Shown in pieces: positions 36,894 to 49,838 of a stretch of 64,000 nt of DNA. A program made the position numbers and the translations under genes. Source of the DNA: Peribolospora baueri (lineage: Eukaryota); NCBI GenBank assembly GCA_029717555.1, contig JAMDHS010000007.1, forward strand, positions 310,001-374,000, given 5' to 3'. Every line of letters begins with the position of its first letter. Positions within the stretch are counted from its first letter, which is position 1. A model generated the notes under the pieces. It was not told where the DNA came from and did not search any database. It was given only the letters and a program-made list of their open reading frames with translations.

Positions 36894-39207
36894 TCATCCA
36901 TCCACCACATCCTCCAGTCCCCTTCTCGGCACAGGGCTAGGGCTGGGGGACCACCGTTCCCTCTTCAACCTCCCCAGACCCTCCTCTCCTGCGCCGGACT
37001 TGCTCACCCTGCGCACCTTCACACCTTCTAACTCTCTTCTCCCCCTTCCGCCACCACTACTGAGGATCGCGGAACCCAACGAAGAACGCTTCCTCGAGCC
37101 CGCAGCACCGAATGCTCCCGCTCCAGGACTACCGCTGTTCAGGGCACCTGAGTTCAGCCGTGAGAGACCGGCAGTACGGTCGAGCAGGTTTCGAGCCGCA
37201 TCCGACAGGTGGGCGCCATTTGTCCTGTCGCGCGGCGTCATCGTGGCCGCCGAAAAGCCACCAGTGCGGTCTTTTTCGTTGCGCGAAGAAGAACTAGGTG
37301 TGAACCGAGAATAAGGTGAATAAGCAGATCCAGGCGTTCCCTGGACCCTCGGGCTGCCAGCTAAAAGGCTTCCCGGCCGATTCCGCAGACTTCTGGCAGC
37401 ACTGCTAGCCAACTTGCTCGCCAATACCTCGCGTCTGGGCGTCTCAGGAATGCGGAATGGGCTTTCGTAGTCCGCTGCTCTCGCCCCCGCCGACACGTCG
37501 TCGCCATCTGAAGAGCGAATCGGAACAGGCGTTCCTTCGATCTGACCCCACGTCATCAGTTGGCGGACGCGGTCTGCACCTAGCGCTTCTGGGTTGGGAG
37601 ACGGCAGAGCGGAGACGAAACCGAAACCTTTTACCCGCGGTGTTGACGTAGGATTGTCTGAAAAGTAGCAGGGCGGGAAAGAGGTGACAAGGGCAAGGTC
37701 AACATGGCGTCATAGTAAAGCCAAAAGTCTAGTTTGGCGACCCCACAATGGACTCACAAGGCGTGCCCTTGATCGCAGCCTCGATCATACTACTCCTCGG
37801 ACTATCAGGAGCTTCCCTCCCTTCCGTATCCTGATCCTCAAATAATCGCGTGTTGGCGTGCGAAATCGCTTTCGGCTCCCCTCTGGGTTGGCTTTCGTCT
37901 CCCGATTGACCGGCTCCACCCACGCCAGAGGGGAGCATCGCCTTTGAGGCCGGTTGCATGTTCGTTGGGGGCAAGTTGGCATCTGGTGGGTACATGAAGG
38001 AATTGCGCGCCTGTTCAATGTGCCGAGTCAGTCAACATGTCTACAACAACGCCGCTTCCGGGAAACGAATGAATGAAGTAAAACTGCCCACCTTGAAGCG
38101 CCACGCATCAAAGACCCGCTGTCGTCGATCGCTCTTGGGCTTCAACACCGCTTCAGGGTCAAAGGTCGGATCTTCTTTGTCTGAGTCCGTCTTCACCAGC
38201 GCCATGCTCATGCCGCCTTCCTTCGTGCCGCGGCTCTCCTCAGCTTCAGTGGCGATACGATCCTTGTCCTCCTGATCCACTTTCTCATCATCGGCATCGG
38301 CCTTCTGCTTGCCTTTCGCCTTCTCCGATCCCCGTTCCATATCAGCGCTCTTAGCATCCTCAATGAGCAACCTCTCTCTCCCCTCTCCTCCAGCAGCCAT
38401 GATCAGCTTCCTCCCCTCCGCCACCGCCTGTTGTCCGCTCTCAATCGCCTTCCTATGCCTCTCATTGGCCTTTCTCTCCGCCTCGTACGCCCAGCTGAAC
38501 CGCTCCCTCCGCTTCTCATTCGCCTTTTGAAGGATGTGCGCGAAAGACGCGTTGTCCTCCGAGGTGTACTTTGCTTGAAACTCGTCCAGCGAGAGATTGG
38601 CATCGTATCGTCCCACAGGTTGAGAGGTACCAGCGGCGCCAGGAAAGTCGGATACGAAGGACTCGCCACCGGGCGTGTCTGCCCATTGTCCACCGTCGCG
38701 GGGAGTGACGCCAGGGCGAGTCCATGGCGTCGGAGTTCCTCGCTCTGTCAATTGGCCACCGCCTTGACGAGAAGCTCCTCGTGTCCCAGTCCCGCCGGCG
38801 GGTGTCCGCAGGACACCAGCTTGCTCCTCCACGTCCACGAGCCTCATTACGCTGCGCCCGATCCATGCCTGGTCCTGTGCCTCGAGGGCCGAGAGGTACT
38901 CGTTCTCCGCATCCAGGCGGGCCAGGTTGGGGAAGAAATCGCGCTTGATGATAGATGACAAAGCTTCTGTGTATTCATCCTCCTATCAAAACAAAAGCGA
39001 AAATGAGAGCACCGCCAGAGCGGAGGGTAAGTACACCAAAAAGTTGCCGAAAGGTGGCTCGTCATGACGACTCACCGTGAGGATCTCCTGCTTACGCAGG
39101 CTCAGCGCAGGCTTCTGCAAGTCTCCAGGGTACTCCCTCTTCGCCACAACACGCGAAGAGCCTCCTCCGGGGGTGGCGGAGACGAGGCTGCGAGGTGTGG
39201 AGGTCAT
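36894..39207 (-). CDS. ESS2: Splicing factor ESS2/DGCR14 (Bis1) homolog
   Basis: QEILT|EDEYTEALSSIIKRDFFPNL, LSLDEFQAKYTSEDNASF, NSFMYPPD, LMTWGQIEGTP, FRIPETPRRE. Confidence 0.9.
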
Positions 39208-39450
39208 GGCGAGGTCAAGAGAATGGCGAACGATGGGCGGGCGAGCGCCTATCTCATCAAACACGTCGCCGCAGCTGCTGCCGCCGCCCGATCGCCAGGC
39301 TGATAGATGCTAGTTGCCGCAGTTAGACGAAACTCCCACGCCTGTCTCTTCCGCCGTTGCGCCTTCCCCTCCCTGGATGAAAAATCCTTTCGCACATTTC
39401 TTCTTGTCTAACGTCTTCATTCTAACCCCGTCCCGCCCTCACAAGTCAAG

Positions 39451-40110
39451 ATGGTGAGTGCTGTGTCGATGTTGAGACGGCGGCCATGGTGGGAGACTGT
39501 AAAGCGTAGACACCGCCCGAATGACTAGCCGACTGACTGTGTCTGCCTTGACCCGTCGGCGCGTGCCTTGGCCTCGACCTTTGCCAGGACTCCACCAGCA
39601 AGGCCCCCGTTAAGCTCGCCAAGGTGATTATACGCGAAGGAAGGGAGAGCGACGGCTGTTGAGGAGAGTGGCAGACGATGGAGGACGATTGAGAGAGTAG
39701 GAAGAGCGCACGGCGAGGTGTACAAGACGATGAACCCCTTCTTCCGCTCTCCATCCTCTGCTCGGTGGTGTTCGCAGGTCATCAAGGTCATCGGCCGCAC
39801 TGGCTCCCGTGGTGGTGTCATCCAGGTCCGAGTCGAGTTCATGGACGATCCCTCTCGCTCCATCATCCGTAACGTCAAGGGCCCCGTTCGCGAGAACGAC
39901 ATCCTCGCCCTTCTCGAGTCTGAGCGTGAAGCTCGGTGAGTGTCAGCGCGGAGGTTCTGTTGATTGGGCCTTATTTGCGTATGTCGGAAGGGGTGGATCG
40001 GCTCGATGAGCAGTCCGATGGTCCGCGTTGGCGTGGATAGCGGTTCTAGCAACCAAGCTGACCACCCCCTGCCCTCGTCCTTGTGCTTTCTCCTCAGCCG
40101 CCTCCGCTAA
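39451..40110 (+). CDS. RPS28: 40S ribosomal protein eS28
   Basis: Spliced [69 protein letters not shown]. Confidence 0.97.
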
Positions 40111-40608
40111 GGCCAAAAAAACGACGCTTCTCTAGTCTCTTTCCCATCATCCTCTCCATCCACCATGTACAACCTCATGTCCACATAGGTCTGTCCCTTC
40201 TATGCGCTGCGCCGGCGGTCGTCTCTGAGTCGTTCCGCACCCATCTTCTGTTCCGGACTGAGCATGGCAATGCATCTTTCCGTACTCGGCACAATCGCGG
40301 GATTGCCGTTGTTGGAGTTATCATACAGTCGCGCTCACCTCGTACAGATTTCCGCCATGAACCGTGGCCGACTTGGACGTGGAAAAAGCGCTCGCGGCGT
40401 GTCACGTTTGATTTTCATTCCTTGCACACCGTCACGGTCTCATCCCATCTGCCAGCGGACGGCGGCGCGGACGAGCGCGATGGGACGATGGATAAGTCTG
40501 CTCGCAGCCTCGTACGTACGGCCGCAGCTGTGGGGGTGTTCAGGCGAGACAGACAAGACAAGACAAGACGGAGAAGACAGAACAGAGGCGGCGCTGGACG
40601 ATAGACAG

Positions 40609-40823
40609 CGCAGCGCATGAGCGCTTGTGGAGGGACGGGGGAGACAGAAAAGTTTTCAAGTTATGATTATGAGTGTACAGTAGAGCCATACATGTAGTAC
40701 GGTGCTCTTACGCAGCGCTTCAGCACTTGTGGAGGGACGGGGGGCGACAGAAAAAGGTTTCAAGTTTTGATTATGATACTAGGAGTGTACAGTAGAGTCA
40801 TACATGGTGCATAGTGCTCTTAC
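40609..40823. repeat. Imperfect tandem duplication, two copies of ~102-113 bp
   Basis: Copy 1 (40609-40710) and copy 2 (40711-40823) share CGCAGCGC..CTTGTGGAGGGACGGGGG..GACAGAAAA..TTTCAAGTT.TGATTATGA..GAGTGTACAGTAGAG.CATACATG..GTGCTCTTAC. Confidence 0.9.
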
Positions 40824-40922
40824 ATGGGGCGAGGAGAGAGGTGCGAAGGGAAGGATGAGAAGCCCCCCCCCCCCCCAAAAAAAAAGGAAAGGAAAAGGTC
40901 CTTGCGCTGGCTCCCCTTTCAC

Positions 40923-42284
40923 TCAGTGCTGACCGGCGCCGCGAAAGGCGAGCCGTCTACGCCGGCCGACGAGGACGGCCCTCCTATCCTTCTTAGCGGC
41001 GGCGGCGGTCGCGTCGTCGTCACCGAGATCGGAGGAGGGACGGTTACGGGAAGTGAAGAAGAAGAGGGAGTCGCCGAAGGACATTCGGGGCGTCCGGGGA
41101 CGAGGGGGAGAGAGGATTGTGACGGGGAGGTGGGAGCGGCGCTTCTTTGAGGACGCTGCCGCTGGGGCTGAGATGACCGCGGGGGCGGGGGCGGTCGCGT
41201 TGGTTGCCGTGACGGCGGCTGCTTCAGCGGCGGTGGGTACGGAGGAGGTGACCAGGCTAGCAGGAGCAGCAGACGTGGCGGTGGCGCCGGAGACGGTCGG
41301 CGGGATGGTACTAGATGGAGGACGAGAGAGAGAAGGGATTAGGTGAAGGGGTTCGGCGATGAGGGACCGGAGAGAGAGAGAAGGGGGGAACGACACTCAC
41401 GAGCCGTTCGTGGCCGTCTGCGGCTGTACTCCCGGTGAGAAGGTGGTCAGGGCGCCGGAAAGGGCCTGGAGGAGCTGGGACATGCGGTTGAGGTCGTCTC
41501 TGCTGACTCCGTTGGGCAGAGTGAAAGGAAGCGTTCCGGTAGCGGCGGCGGGGGCGGGGGTGCCGTCGCGTCGCCGCCGGCGCCCAGTCGATGACGATGA
41601 CGACGTGGCGGAGGGAAGGGGACCGTCGGGGAGGACGTGGAGGGCATAGCGCAGGTCCGGGAAGTTGGTCGTCGTCGAGCCGTGCGCGAGCGGTTCTGTC
41701 GCGTCCGCTTCCGACGACGGGACGGCCGATGCGAGCGGCGCGGAGGAGGAGGAGGCGACTACGGAGGAAGAAAGGGAAGGCGAGGGGGAGAGAGACGGGG
41801 CGACGTGTCCTCCGGTGGTATCGAGGAGGTGGCCAAGGAGCCCAGTGAGGTCGCCCAGCAGGCCGGTGACGCCTACTATTCCAGATCCTCCGCCGCCGAC
41901 CGACTCGGCGCAGGCGGTGACGTTGGTGGACGTGTTAAGAACCGAGTCCAAGATGCACCCGACGGCGCCGAGCAAGCCAGAGATGGGACCAGCGACGGCG
42001 GTGGTGGTACCGGGAACGGGGAGGCTGGGCACCTGACGCGTTGAGAGGTCTGACGGGTCGGAACGGAGAGGCCTGCCGTTGTGATTGTGTCGCTTGGATT
42101 GCGAAGACGACGACGACGACGAGGAAGAAGAAGAAGAAGAAGAGGGCGACGGCTGCATGGATACGATTCGCACAGGCGCATCGGCGTCGTCTCCGCGGAC
42201 AGCACCCCCGCCAGCAGGGGCTGCGTGTGCGATGGACGAAGAGAGGAGGAGGGAAAGTGCAAAAGCGGACTTGAAGTGTACCAT
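40923..42284 (-). CDS. Unknown secreted Ser/Thr/Ala-rich protein (~423 aa, two exons)
   Basis: Signal peptide MVHFKSAFALSLLLSSSIAHA|AP. The GTGAGT..CTAG intron 41400-41311 joins the two ORFs in frame. TATAAATA upstream. Confidence 0.75.
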
Positions 42285-42573
42285 CGCGCAAGGAAGAAAG
42301 AAAGAAGAAAGGGATTCAAAAGGGGAGAGCAGCCTGTCGGACGGACGGTCGAGAAGGAAGCGTGATGAGCAACGGGCCGTCCTTGGACGTGGGCCGTGAG
42401 ACAGCGGTCGGGAGCGAGAAGAAGAAACCAAAAGACTCACGAGACGACCAGCCAGTGGTGTCGATGAAGAAAAAAAAGAAGGAAAAAAAAGAATTGCCGG
42501 AAAGGGCAGGGGGGAACCTCTCGGATCTGGAAAGGAACTGGAGACCGAGATGTGCGTGCGTCGGACGATCAGC

Positions 42574-42581
42574 TATTTATA
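42574..42581 (-). promoter_or_regulatory. TATA box of the secreted-protein gene
   Basis: TATAAATA on the minus strand about 290 nt upstream of ATG 42284, in an otherwise GC-rich region. Confidence 0.55.
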
Positions 42582-44404
42582 CGCTGGGGAGCGTTGGCCC
42601 GACATCCGACTTCCGTGGGCGGGCTCGTACCCCCCACGGCCATCCATCGGGATGGGCTGGGTGGCCGAGCGGAGGTGCCGAACGGCGCTCTGCCTCGTCG
42701 TCGCCAACTTTGATTCGACCAGCCCATGGGGAGAGAGGACGAGACGAGGCCTGGAAGGGGCGGTGGATGGGTGAAAGAACGTCAAACGAAGGCGCGTGAG
42801 CGGACGGCCGGCCTGGGTGAGGGGGGCCTGAATCGGAAGGGGTTAGGATGGACGAACATCCATCCAACGCCACCGCCACCGCCACCACGTCCCGAGGGCG
42901 AGCGAGGAGCGGGAAGTAAAGAGAGGACGGGGTCCATGGCTGCCATGCATTGCGTGTGGATGGATGGACGTTGATCGAACGCGGACGAATGATCGTAGGT
43001 TATGCAATCCTATGTTTTCGTATGCCATGCATGCTATGCAATGTTTATGCTATGCTACCTCATCCGCTCCGATCCCATCCGATCCATCCTATCCCATCAT
43101 CAAAGCTACCGTGAGCCGTGAAGGCCCCCTCAGTAGGTGTACGGACGAATGTACAAACAAAACGCGCACATGGGCCAGGCGAGGAGGAGGAAAGGGTGTA
43201 AGTGGAGCGAACGGACGGCGGGCGTCGAGAATCTGATAATGCACGAGCGTCTCGGCGGGCCGTCATGATGACGACCATCCATCCATTCATCCATCTCCTT
43301 TGGTCCGGTCGAACCAAGACGGGCGCGGAGACGTTAGCCAGGGCGGCCCTGGATACGAACGAGCGCGGTGGCCAGGGACGGACGGACGGTGGGAATGACG
43401 GGGTGCCGTCCGTCCGTCCGTCTGCCCTCCGCTCCGAGCTGGGTCGTCGACGTAACGTCCCATCCTTGTTCATCCCATCCAATCTCATCCATCCCATCCC
43501 ATCCGGGCCCATCCCATCCGTTCTCTTACGCCGCGAGCGTACCTGACGTACGCTCCTCTTGCCTTGCCTTGCCTTGCTTCGCTCGAGGTGGTGGGCGAGC
43601 CGCCGGATCGGAACGTCGGTCGCTCGCACCTGACTTTTTTCTTTCTTTCCTTCTCGGGTGGGCGTACGCACGCAGATAGATAGATAGATAAATAGATTAG
43701 ATAGATGTCCCTCTCCTTCTCTCTCCCCGCCTCACATCCCGGCCGCGAGTCGAGTCGAGTCGATCCGCCCCGCCGTTATCTATCGCGGGGGAGGGCCAAC
43801 GAAGGGTTGCGAATGGATTGAAAAGAAATGAAATCGACGGTTTGAAATGGCTGCTCCGACGCCGAGGCCGAAGCCAAGGAAGGCCAAAGGCAAGCAGCAA
43901 ACAAGGGCGGCCGGCTGGGCTGAAGGGACGCCGGCCGCCGATCTCCGTGCATCTCCGGCCTCCCTTGTTTCCCGCCCTCGCTCGCTCCGTCCTCGCACAG
44001 CGTAGCGTCTGCCTGTCTGCCTCTGTCCTCGGTCCCTCCGCTCCTCCGCTCGCGCTCGACCTCCGCTTCGTCGTCCATCGTCCGTCTTCGTCGTCGTCGC
44101 CATCGTCGCCATCGTCCGCCTTCCAACGCCCGCTCCCGCCTCCACCGCCTACGACGTCCGTACACAAACGCCCTCCCACACCCCCGCCCACACACCCCAC
44201 CCTCGCTCTCCCCCTTCTTCCCCTTCAACCCCCGCCCTCGACGCCCTCCTCCTCCCCCTCAACGCCGCCCGTCGTCCATCGACTCTTCGCCTTCGCCGCC
44301 TGCCCCGTGCGGTCTATACCTCGCCGCTGTCCCTCCCGCTCTCACTTCCTTCTTCCTCCCAAGGCTTGTCGTCCCCAGATTAGCCAGCCCGTCCGCACGC
44401 AGAA

Positions 44405-45375
44405 ATGCAAACCATCAAGTGTGTCGTCGTCGGCGACGGTGCCGTCGGAAAGACCTGCCTTCTTATCTCCTACACCACCAATGCCTTCCCGGTCAGTCTT
44501 CGCGCGTCTTCCCTTCTTCACCTCGTCTCACCCGCCCTGCCTTTTTGCTCATCCTTTCTTCCACAGGGCGAGTATATCCCCACCGTGTTCGACAACTACT
44601 CCGCCAATGTCATGGTCGACGGCAAGCCCGTCAGCTTGGGTCAGTCTTTCTTCCTATTCCGTAGGCCAAGGAGACGTTGAACGAAGACTCACTAGCCTTC
44701 TAACGTCTCCGCCCACTTCTCAGGTCTCTGGGACACCGCCGGTCAGGAAGACTACGACCGACTCCGCCCTCTTTCTTACCCCCAGACCGACGTCTTCCTC
44801 ATCTGCTTCTCGCTCGTCAGCCCGCCGAGCTTTGAGAACGTCAGGACCAAGGTGAGTTGCCCGGCGCCGACATGCCTGCAAGACGTGTCCCGCTGACGTG
44901 TCGTCCGTGGCCATCATCGGTTCTTCCTCCATCGCCAGTGGTGGCCCGAAATCTCTCACCACGCGCCCAACATCCCCATCATCCTCGTCGGCACAAAGCT
45001 CGACCTGCGCGAAGACCCGGACATGATCGCCAAGCTTCGTGACCGGCGTATGCAGCCCATCTCGTATCCGCAGGGTACCCAGATGGCCCGCGATATTGGT
45101 GCGGTCAAGTATCTTGAGTGCTCTGCGCTCACTCAGAAGGGCCTCAAGGGCGTGTTTGACGAGGCGATTAGGAGCGTTCGTGAGTATCTGAGAGAGACGG
45201 TCGTCAGCGTTCGTTGGTGCGGGGCACCATACGCGGGAGAGTGGAACGACAGCGGCGGATGATTTGCCGTTCGCTCTCAACATGCTCACCACATCTCCTT
45301 CGCTCCCCCCGTCACGCAGTCAACCCGGCACCCGTCAAAAAATCGAAAAGCAAGTCTGGCTGCCTCATCCTCTAA
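44405..45375 (+). CDS. RAC1: Rho-family GTPase Rac1
   Basis: [74 protein letters not shown], polybasic tail and CaaX CLIL*. Confidence 0.97.
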
Positions 45376-45611
45376 ATACGAAGGAAAGGGGAAACAGGGT
45401 GGAGAGATCGAGAGAGGACTTTTCTTTTCTTTCTTGTTCTTCTCTTCACTTTTTTTACCAGCTTCATATCCTGCGCGTCCCCACCTTTCTTCTATCCCAC
45501 CCTTTTACCTTGGTTGCGCCGCTTTCCTGTTCCACGCCACACCTGCTTTCCTTTCTTCCTTCGTCGCGAGGCCACAGCGACAGACCGTCCGTCGCCCGAC
45601 CGTTTCCCTAT

Positions 45612-45643
45612 CTACCTACCTACCTACCTACCTACCTACCTAC
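45612..45643. repeat. (CTAC)n microsatellite in the RAC1 3' region
   Basis: About 8 contiguous CTAC units. Confidence 0.9.
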
Positions 45644-46788
45644 CCATTCCTCCTATGGCTCTTTCCTCCTAGTTGGCGCTGCTCTCCTCCTCGCCTTCAT
45701 CTCATTTCACCTCATCGCCGTATTCCCTTATGCTCTGCGCTCTCTTTTTCCTTTTTTCCCCCTCTCTGCCACCTTGGCGGATGGGCGCCAGGCAGTAACG
45801 CGGCGCGGGTTTCCATACATTCCATCCATCCGCCGGCCCGGTCGCCTGCTTGATCTGGCTACCTCTTTCCCATCACTTGACCTGCCCACTCCCCTCTCTC
45901 TCCCTATCTCTTTCTTTCGACGACCCCTGCGACATGTTCTTCTCAGATGACTATAGCCTCGGAGATCAGAGCTTGGAATCCACATGATACCTTCCTCGCC
46001 TCGCCGCGGTCCCGCTCGTTCTGTTGCTGCGGCTTTCACTCGCTCGCCTCCACAATTCCACAATTACGAAGGCCGACGTGACCGGCCAGCCGGGCCGAGG
46101 ACCAAGTCGGCAGTAGACGACGACCACCACAACCACCGCCACCACCACCTCGCTTTCCCGCGTCGCTTCCTCGCTGCCCCGCTCGGCCCTCGGCGACCGG
46201 ATAGACAGATATCCGCTCTCGCTCAGCTCCCTCGCTCGTCCCGGACGTCCCGTCCGTCCGTCCGCCCACGGTCCGATCCATCACTCGGCGGGGAGGAGGC
46301 CGTAAGGAAACGAACGACCTTTCGGCTTTGGGCATCGTATCGTATCGTCTCGTCACCCATCGCCACCGCCATCGCTGTCGTACTCTACTTACGACGTACG
46401 CATAACTACCTACCTACCTATCTATAGCGCTCCATCCACCTTCCACGCTTCCCTCCTCCTCTCCTCGAATCGACTCGACTCGACCGAACTCAACCGATCT
46501 GGCCGTTGTGGAGGCGCTCGCACAATCGACGCTTCACCGCTCACCGCTTGCCGCCTGTTGCCGTTGCGACCGCCGTCAGCTCCCGAGCGACTTACGCGAC
46601 CCGGCGAGATCAGCTCCCGTGAGTAGATCGGATGGTGGTCGTAGCGGGCCCGGGGCCGGTCGAACGGGCAGAGGGCGTTGAGGCACCCGCTCAGCAAACC
46701 CCCGCAGTCTTTCTCTTTTTTGCTCTTCTATCCCCGGAACGCTGAAGATCACACCTCTGCAGAGGAAGACGTCGAATACGTCCACGGG

Positions 46789-49569
46789 ATGGAGTACTAC
46801 GACGACCTTCCTGAGTGAGTTTTCGCCAAAGACGGCAGCGGTCTACTCGAGCGCGGATCATGCGTACGGACTGACTGGACCGGCCTGTCCTTCTGATCAT
46901 CTTTGTACCCCGGAACGAACGAGCAGGGAAGAATACTACGAGGACGCAGGAGAGCGGTTGTTCGAGGACGACGACGGTGACGACGACGACATGGACGACC
47001 ACGGCTTCGACGAGGAGGACGAGGACGATTTGGATGACGATGGCGACGGCGTCCACACCATTTCCCTCCAGGGTGAGTCGACGCAATTCGTTTACCCCAC
47101 CACCCTTCTTCCCCCTTACCTCCTCGACGCCCTGTCCTTCCTTCCCGCCTCCAGACCTCTTCAACCTCGCCGATGACAACGATGACACGGCCGGCCCCCG
47201 GCGCATCACCCTCGAAACCGTCCAACGCCTTCTCCGCACCGGCGTGATCACTGCCCAAGTCGCTCCGCGCGACGACGATGGGTGGGTGGTGGAGGACGAC
47301 GACGACGATGACGACGACGACGACGGAGGGTGGCTCGGCTGGGGAAGGAGGACTCGTCCGCCTCGTAAGCCGCTTTGGCCGCCTGTCACCGAGCCCGTCG
47401 AGGCTGGGAGGAGATTGGAGTCGGGTGGCGAGTTTGGAAAGGTGGGTGGGTGGGCAGGGAGATATACCGGTCGCCGCTCCCCGATTGACTTTGTCCGTCA
47501 CCATCCTTTGTTTTCTACCTTACCTCCTCCCTTCCTTCATCGCCTCTTTTCCCTTCTCTCCCTAGGCACCGCCCCGATCGCCCGACGCCCCGGCGAGCGT
47601 TTTCGACCGCTCGCGGAACATGGCCGATCTGGTCAAGGACAGGTTCACGACTGTCGGAAGGCGGCCCGACCGTACGGATTTCATGGTGTGTGCCGATTGC
47701 ATTTTTTCCGTCTCTACGACCCTCCGGTCCACTCTCGTCTTACCTGCCTTCCCCCCCCCCCCCCATTCGGTCACACAGCATTTCATACCGAACAGTTGCG
47801 GCACCGAGGTGGCTAGGTACGCTTCGCGGTGTTACTGTGGCCAGTTTTCCGAAGGTGAGAAAGACAGACTCCTTTCTCGGTTCAGTATGCCGACGATCCT
47901 TTCTGGGCCGCTGACCTGGTCGTCCTCGTCTGCTACCTCGATTTCCATCGACGTTTAACGAAACTTCGACGCTCGTCCAGACTCTTCCTTCTTTTACACC
48001 TGCACCAAGGATTTCCGCGTCCACCTCTATGACACCACCACCGCCGGAAAGCGCCGCGATCTACTCGTTGAGGATGGCTCGAGATTCCGCTCCCGCTTCC
48101 GACACCAGACGAGCCTGAAAGAGATCAAGACGATCCAGGGCCGGGGCGACAACTGGACGATCACGGACGCTAACCTCAGTCCGGACAACCGATGGATGAT
48201 CTACTCCTCCATCTGCCCCGAGGTGTGGCTCGTCAGCACCCGGAACCAAGAGGGTGACCACCAAGCCTTGCTCGATTTCTCCGCCCGCGGCGGGTACTCG
48301 AATGTCTTCAGGAGCGGGGTGCGTCCTCTCTCTCGTCGTGTCATGAAACGTGGAAAGCTGGGCAAATCCGTTCTCCGTCTCTCCTTCCCTCCCTCCAGAT
48401 CTGGTCCATTCGCTTCTCCGGCGATAGCCGCGAAGTGGTAGCGGGCGCGCACGCGGGCGACATCTTTGTCTATGACATAGAGGCCCGCCGTCCGGTGCTG
48501 CGCGTGGCAGGCCACGACGACGATGTGAACGCGGTCTGCTTCGCCGACTCTTCCTCCTCCAACGTGCTCATCTCCGGTTCCGACGACTCGTTCGTCAAGG
48601 TCTGGGACCGGCGCTCCCTTCGCGGCGGCAAGCCCGCCGGCGTCTTGCCCGGTCACACCGAGGGGATCACGTACGTGTCGCCGAAGGGCGACGGCCGGTA
48701 TTGCATCTCCAACGGCAAGGATCAGAGCTTGAGGTTGTGGGATTTGAGGAAGATGGTGAGTTCGGACGACTTTGAACGGCTGCCTCAGAGGGACTACGGT
48801 CTCAGAGGTTGGGATTATCGGTAAGCCCTCGTCTTCCATCCCCCGTCGTCGTCGTGTCCCAGGGCCTGAACTCTGTGCTCATCCCTCACTCCTTGTTTTT
48901 ACTTTTCTTTTTTCCGCCTCTCTTTCCGCCCTCCTTCCCCCGTCCAGCACCCAATACTACCGAAAGCCCCGCTACGACGCACACCCGAACGACTGCTCCG
49001 TCATGGTCTACCGCGGACACTCCGTCCTCCAGACGCTCATAAGGTGCCACTTCTCACCCGCGTATACCACGGGGCAGAAGTACCTTTACAGCGGCAGCGC
49101 GGACGGGATGATTCATGTGAGCTTATCGCGCTCGCGATCGATTCGATCCCGTGGACTTGGCCAACTGACCGCCTCTTCTTCTTCGGGGATGCCCGTCGTC
49201 GGACAGATCTGGTCGCTCGATGGCCGCATCGTCCAGGTCCTCGACCGGTCCCTCAGCACCCCTTTGTACGACATGTGGGGCGACGCCTCGGACCCCTCGG
49301 CGCCGGAGCAACCTGCGATGGAAGGCTTACAACGCCGCCCGGGCAGCCGGTACGCCACGACGGTGCGAGACGTGAGCTGGCACTCTCAGGAGCCGACGTT
49401 GATGTCCACCGCTTGGGACGGTTCGGACGGAATGCGAGGCTCGATCGCCAAGCACGAATGGAAGGGGTACGGGAAGAACGGGTTGACGAGCCTCGGGGAC
49501 GCTGTCGAGGCCCAGGAGATCGAGAAGAACGAGATGGAGCGCACCATGCCCGGCGGATTGGCCATGTAG
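46789..49569 (+). CDS. DCAF11: WD40 protein DCAF11/WDR23 (LEC14B-like)
   Basis: Acidic N-terminus, YCGQFS, WTITDANLSPD, GHDDDVNAVCFAD, SGSDDSFVKVWDRR, GHTEGITYV, SNGKDQSLRLWDLR, YRGHSVLQTLIRCHFSP, RDVSWH. Confidence 0.9.
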
Positions 49570-49805
49570 GATGGCCTGGATGGCTGCCGCGCGCCAGCGC
49601 TCCCCCCCCCCCCCCTCCGCCCAACGGGGCGCGCGGGCGGTCGAACCGTCCCCCGTCGTCCCTCCTGCCTCTCTCCCTCGAGTGGCCGCGCTCCCGTCGT
49701 CGGAACGTCGCTTTTTCAGATCGGTCAAAGTCGGCCGTGTAGATTAGTTAGTCCCTTTCTCCATAGACCCGTCCATTCGTCGTTCCCGTATCCCCCCCTT
49801 CTTTT

Positions 49806-49838
49806 TCTTCTTCTTCTTCTTCTTCTTCTTCTTCTTCT
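49806..49838. repeat. (CTT)n microsatellite
   Basis: Run of about 11 CTT units in the DCAF11 3' region. Confidence 0.9.

Noticed and set aside
40609..40823. Tandem repeat as a CRISPR array or LTR pair
   Set aside because: Eukaryotic context, only two abutting copies, and no spacers, TG..CA ends or internal coding region.
43818..44855. 345-aa Pro/Ser-rich ORF overlapping RAC1
   Set aside because: It is a translation of the pyrimidine-rich promoter/5' UTR and runs out of frame through RAC1 exons and introns.
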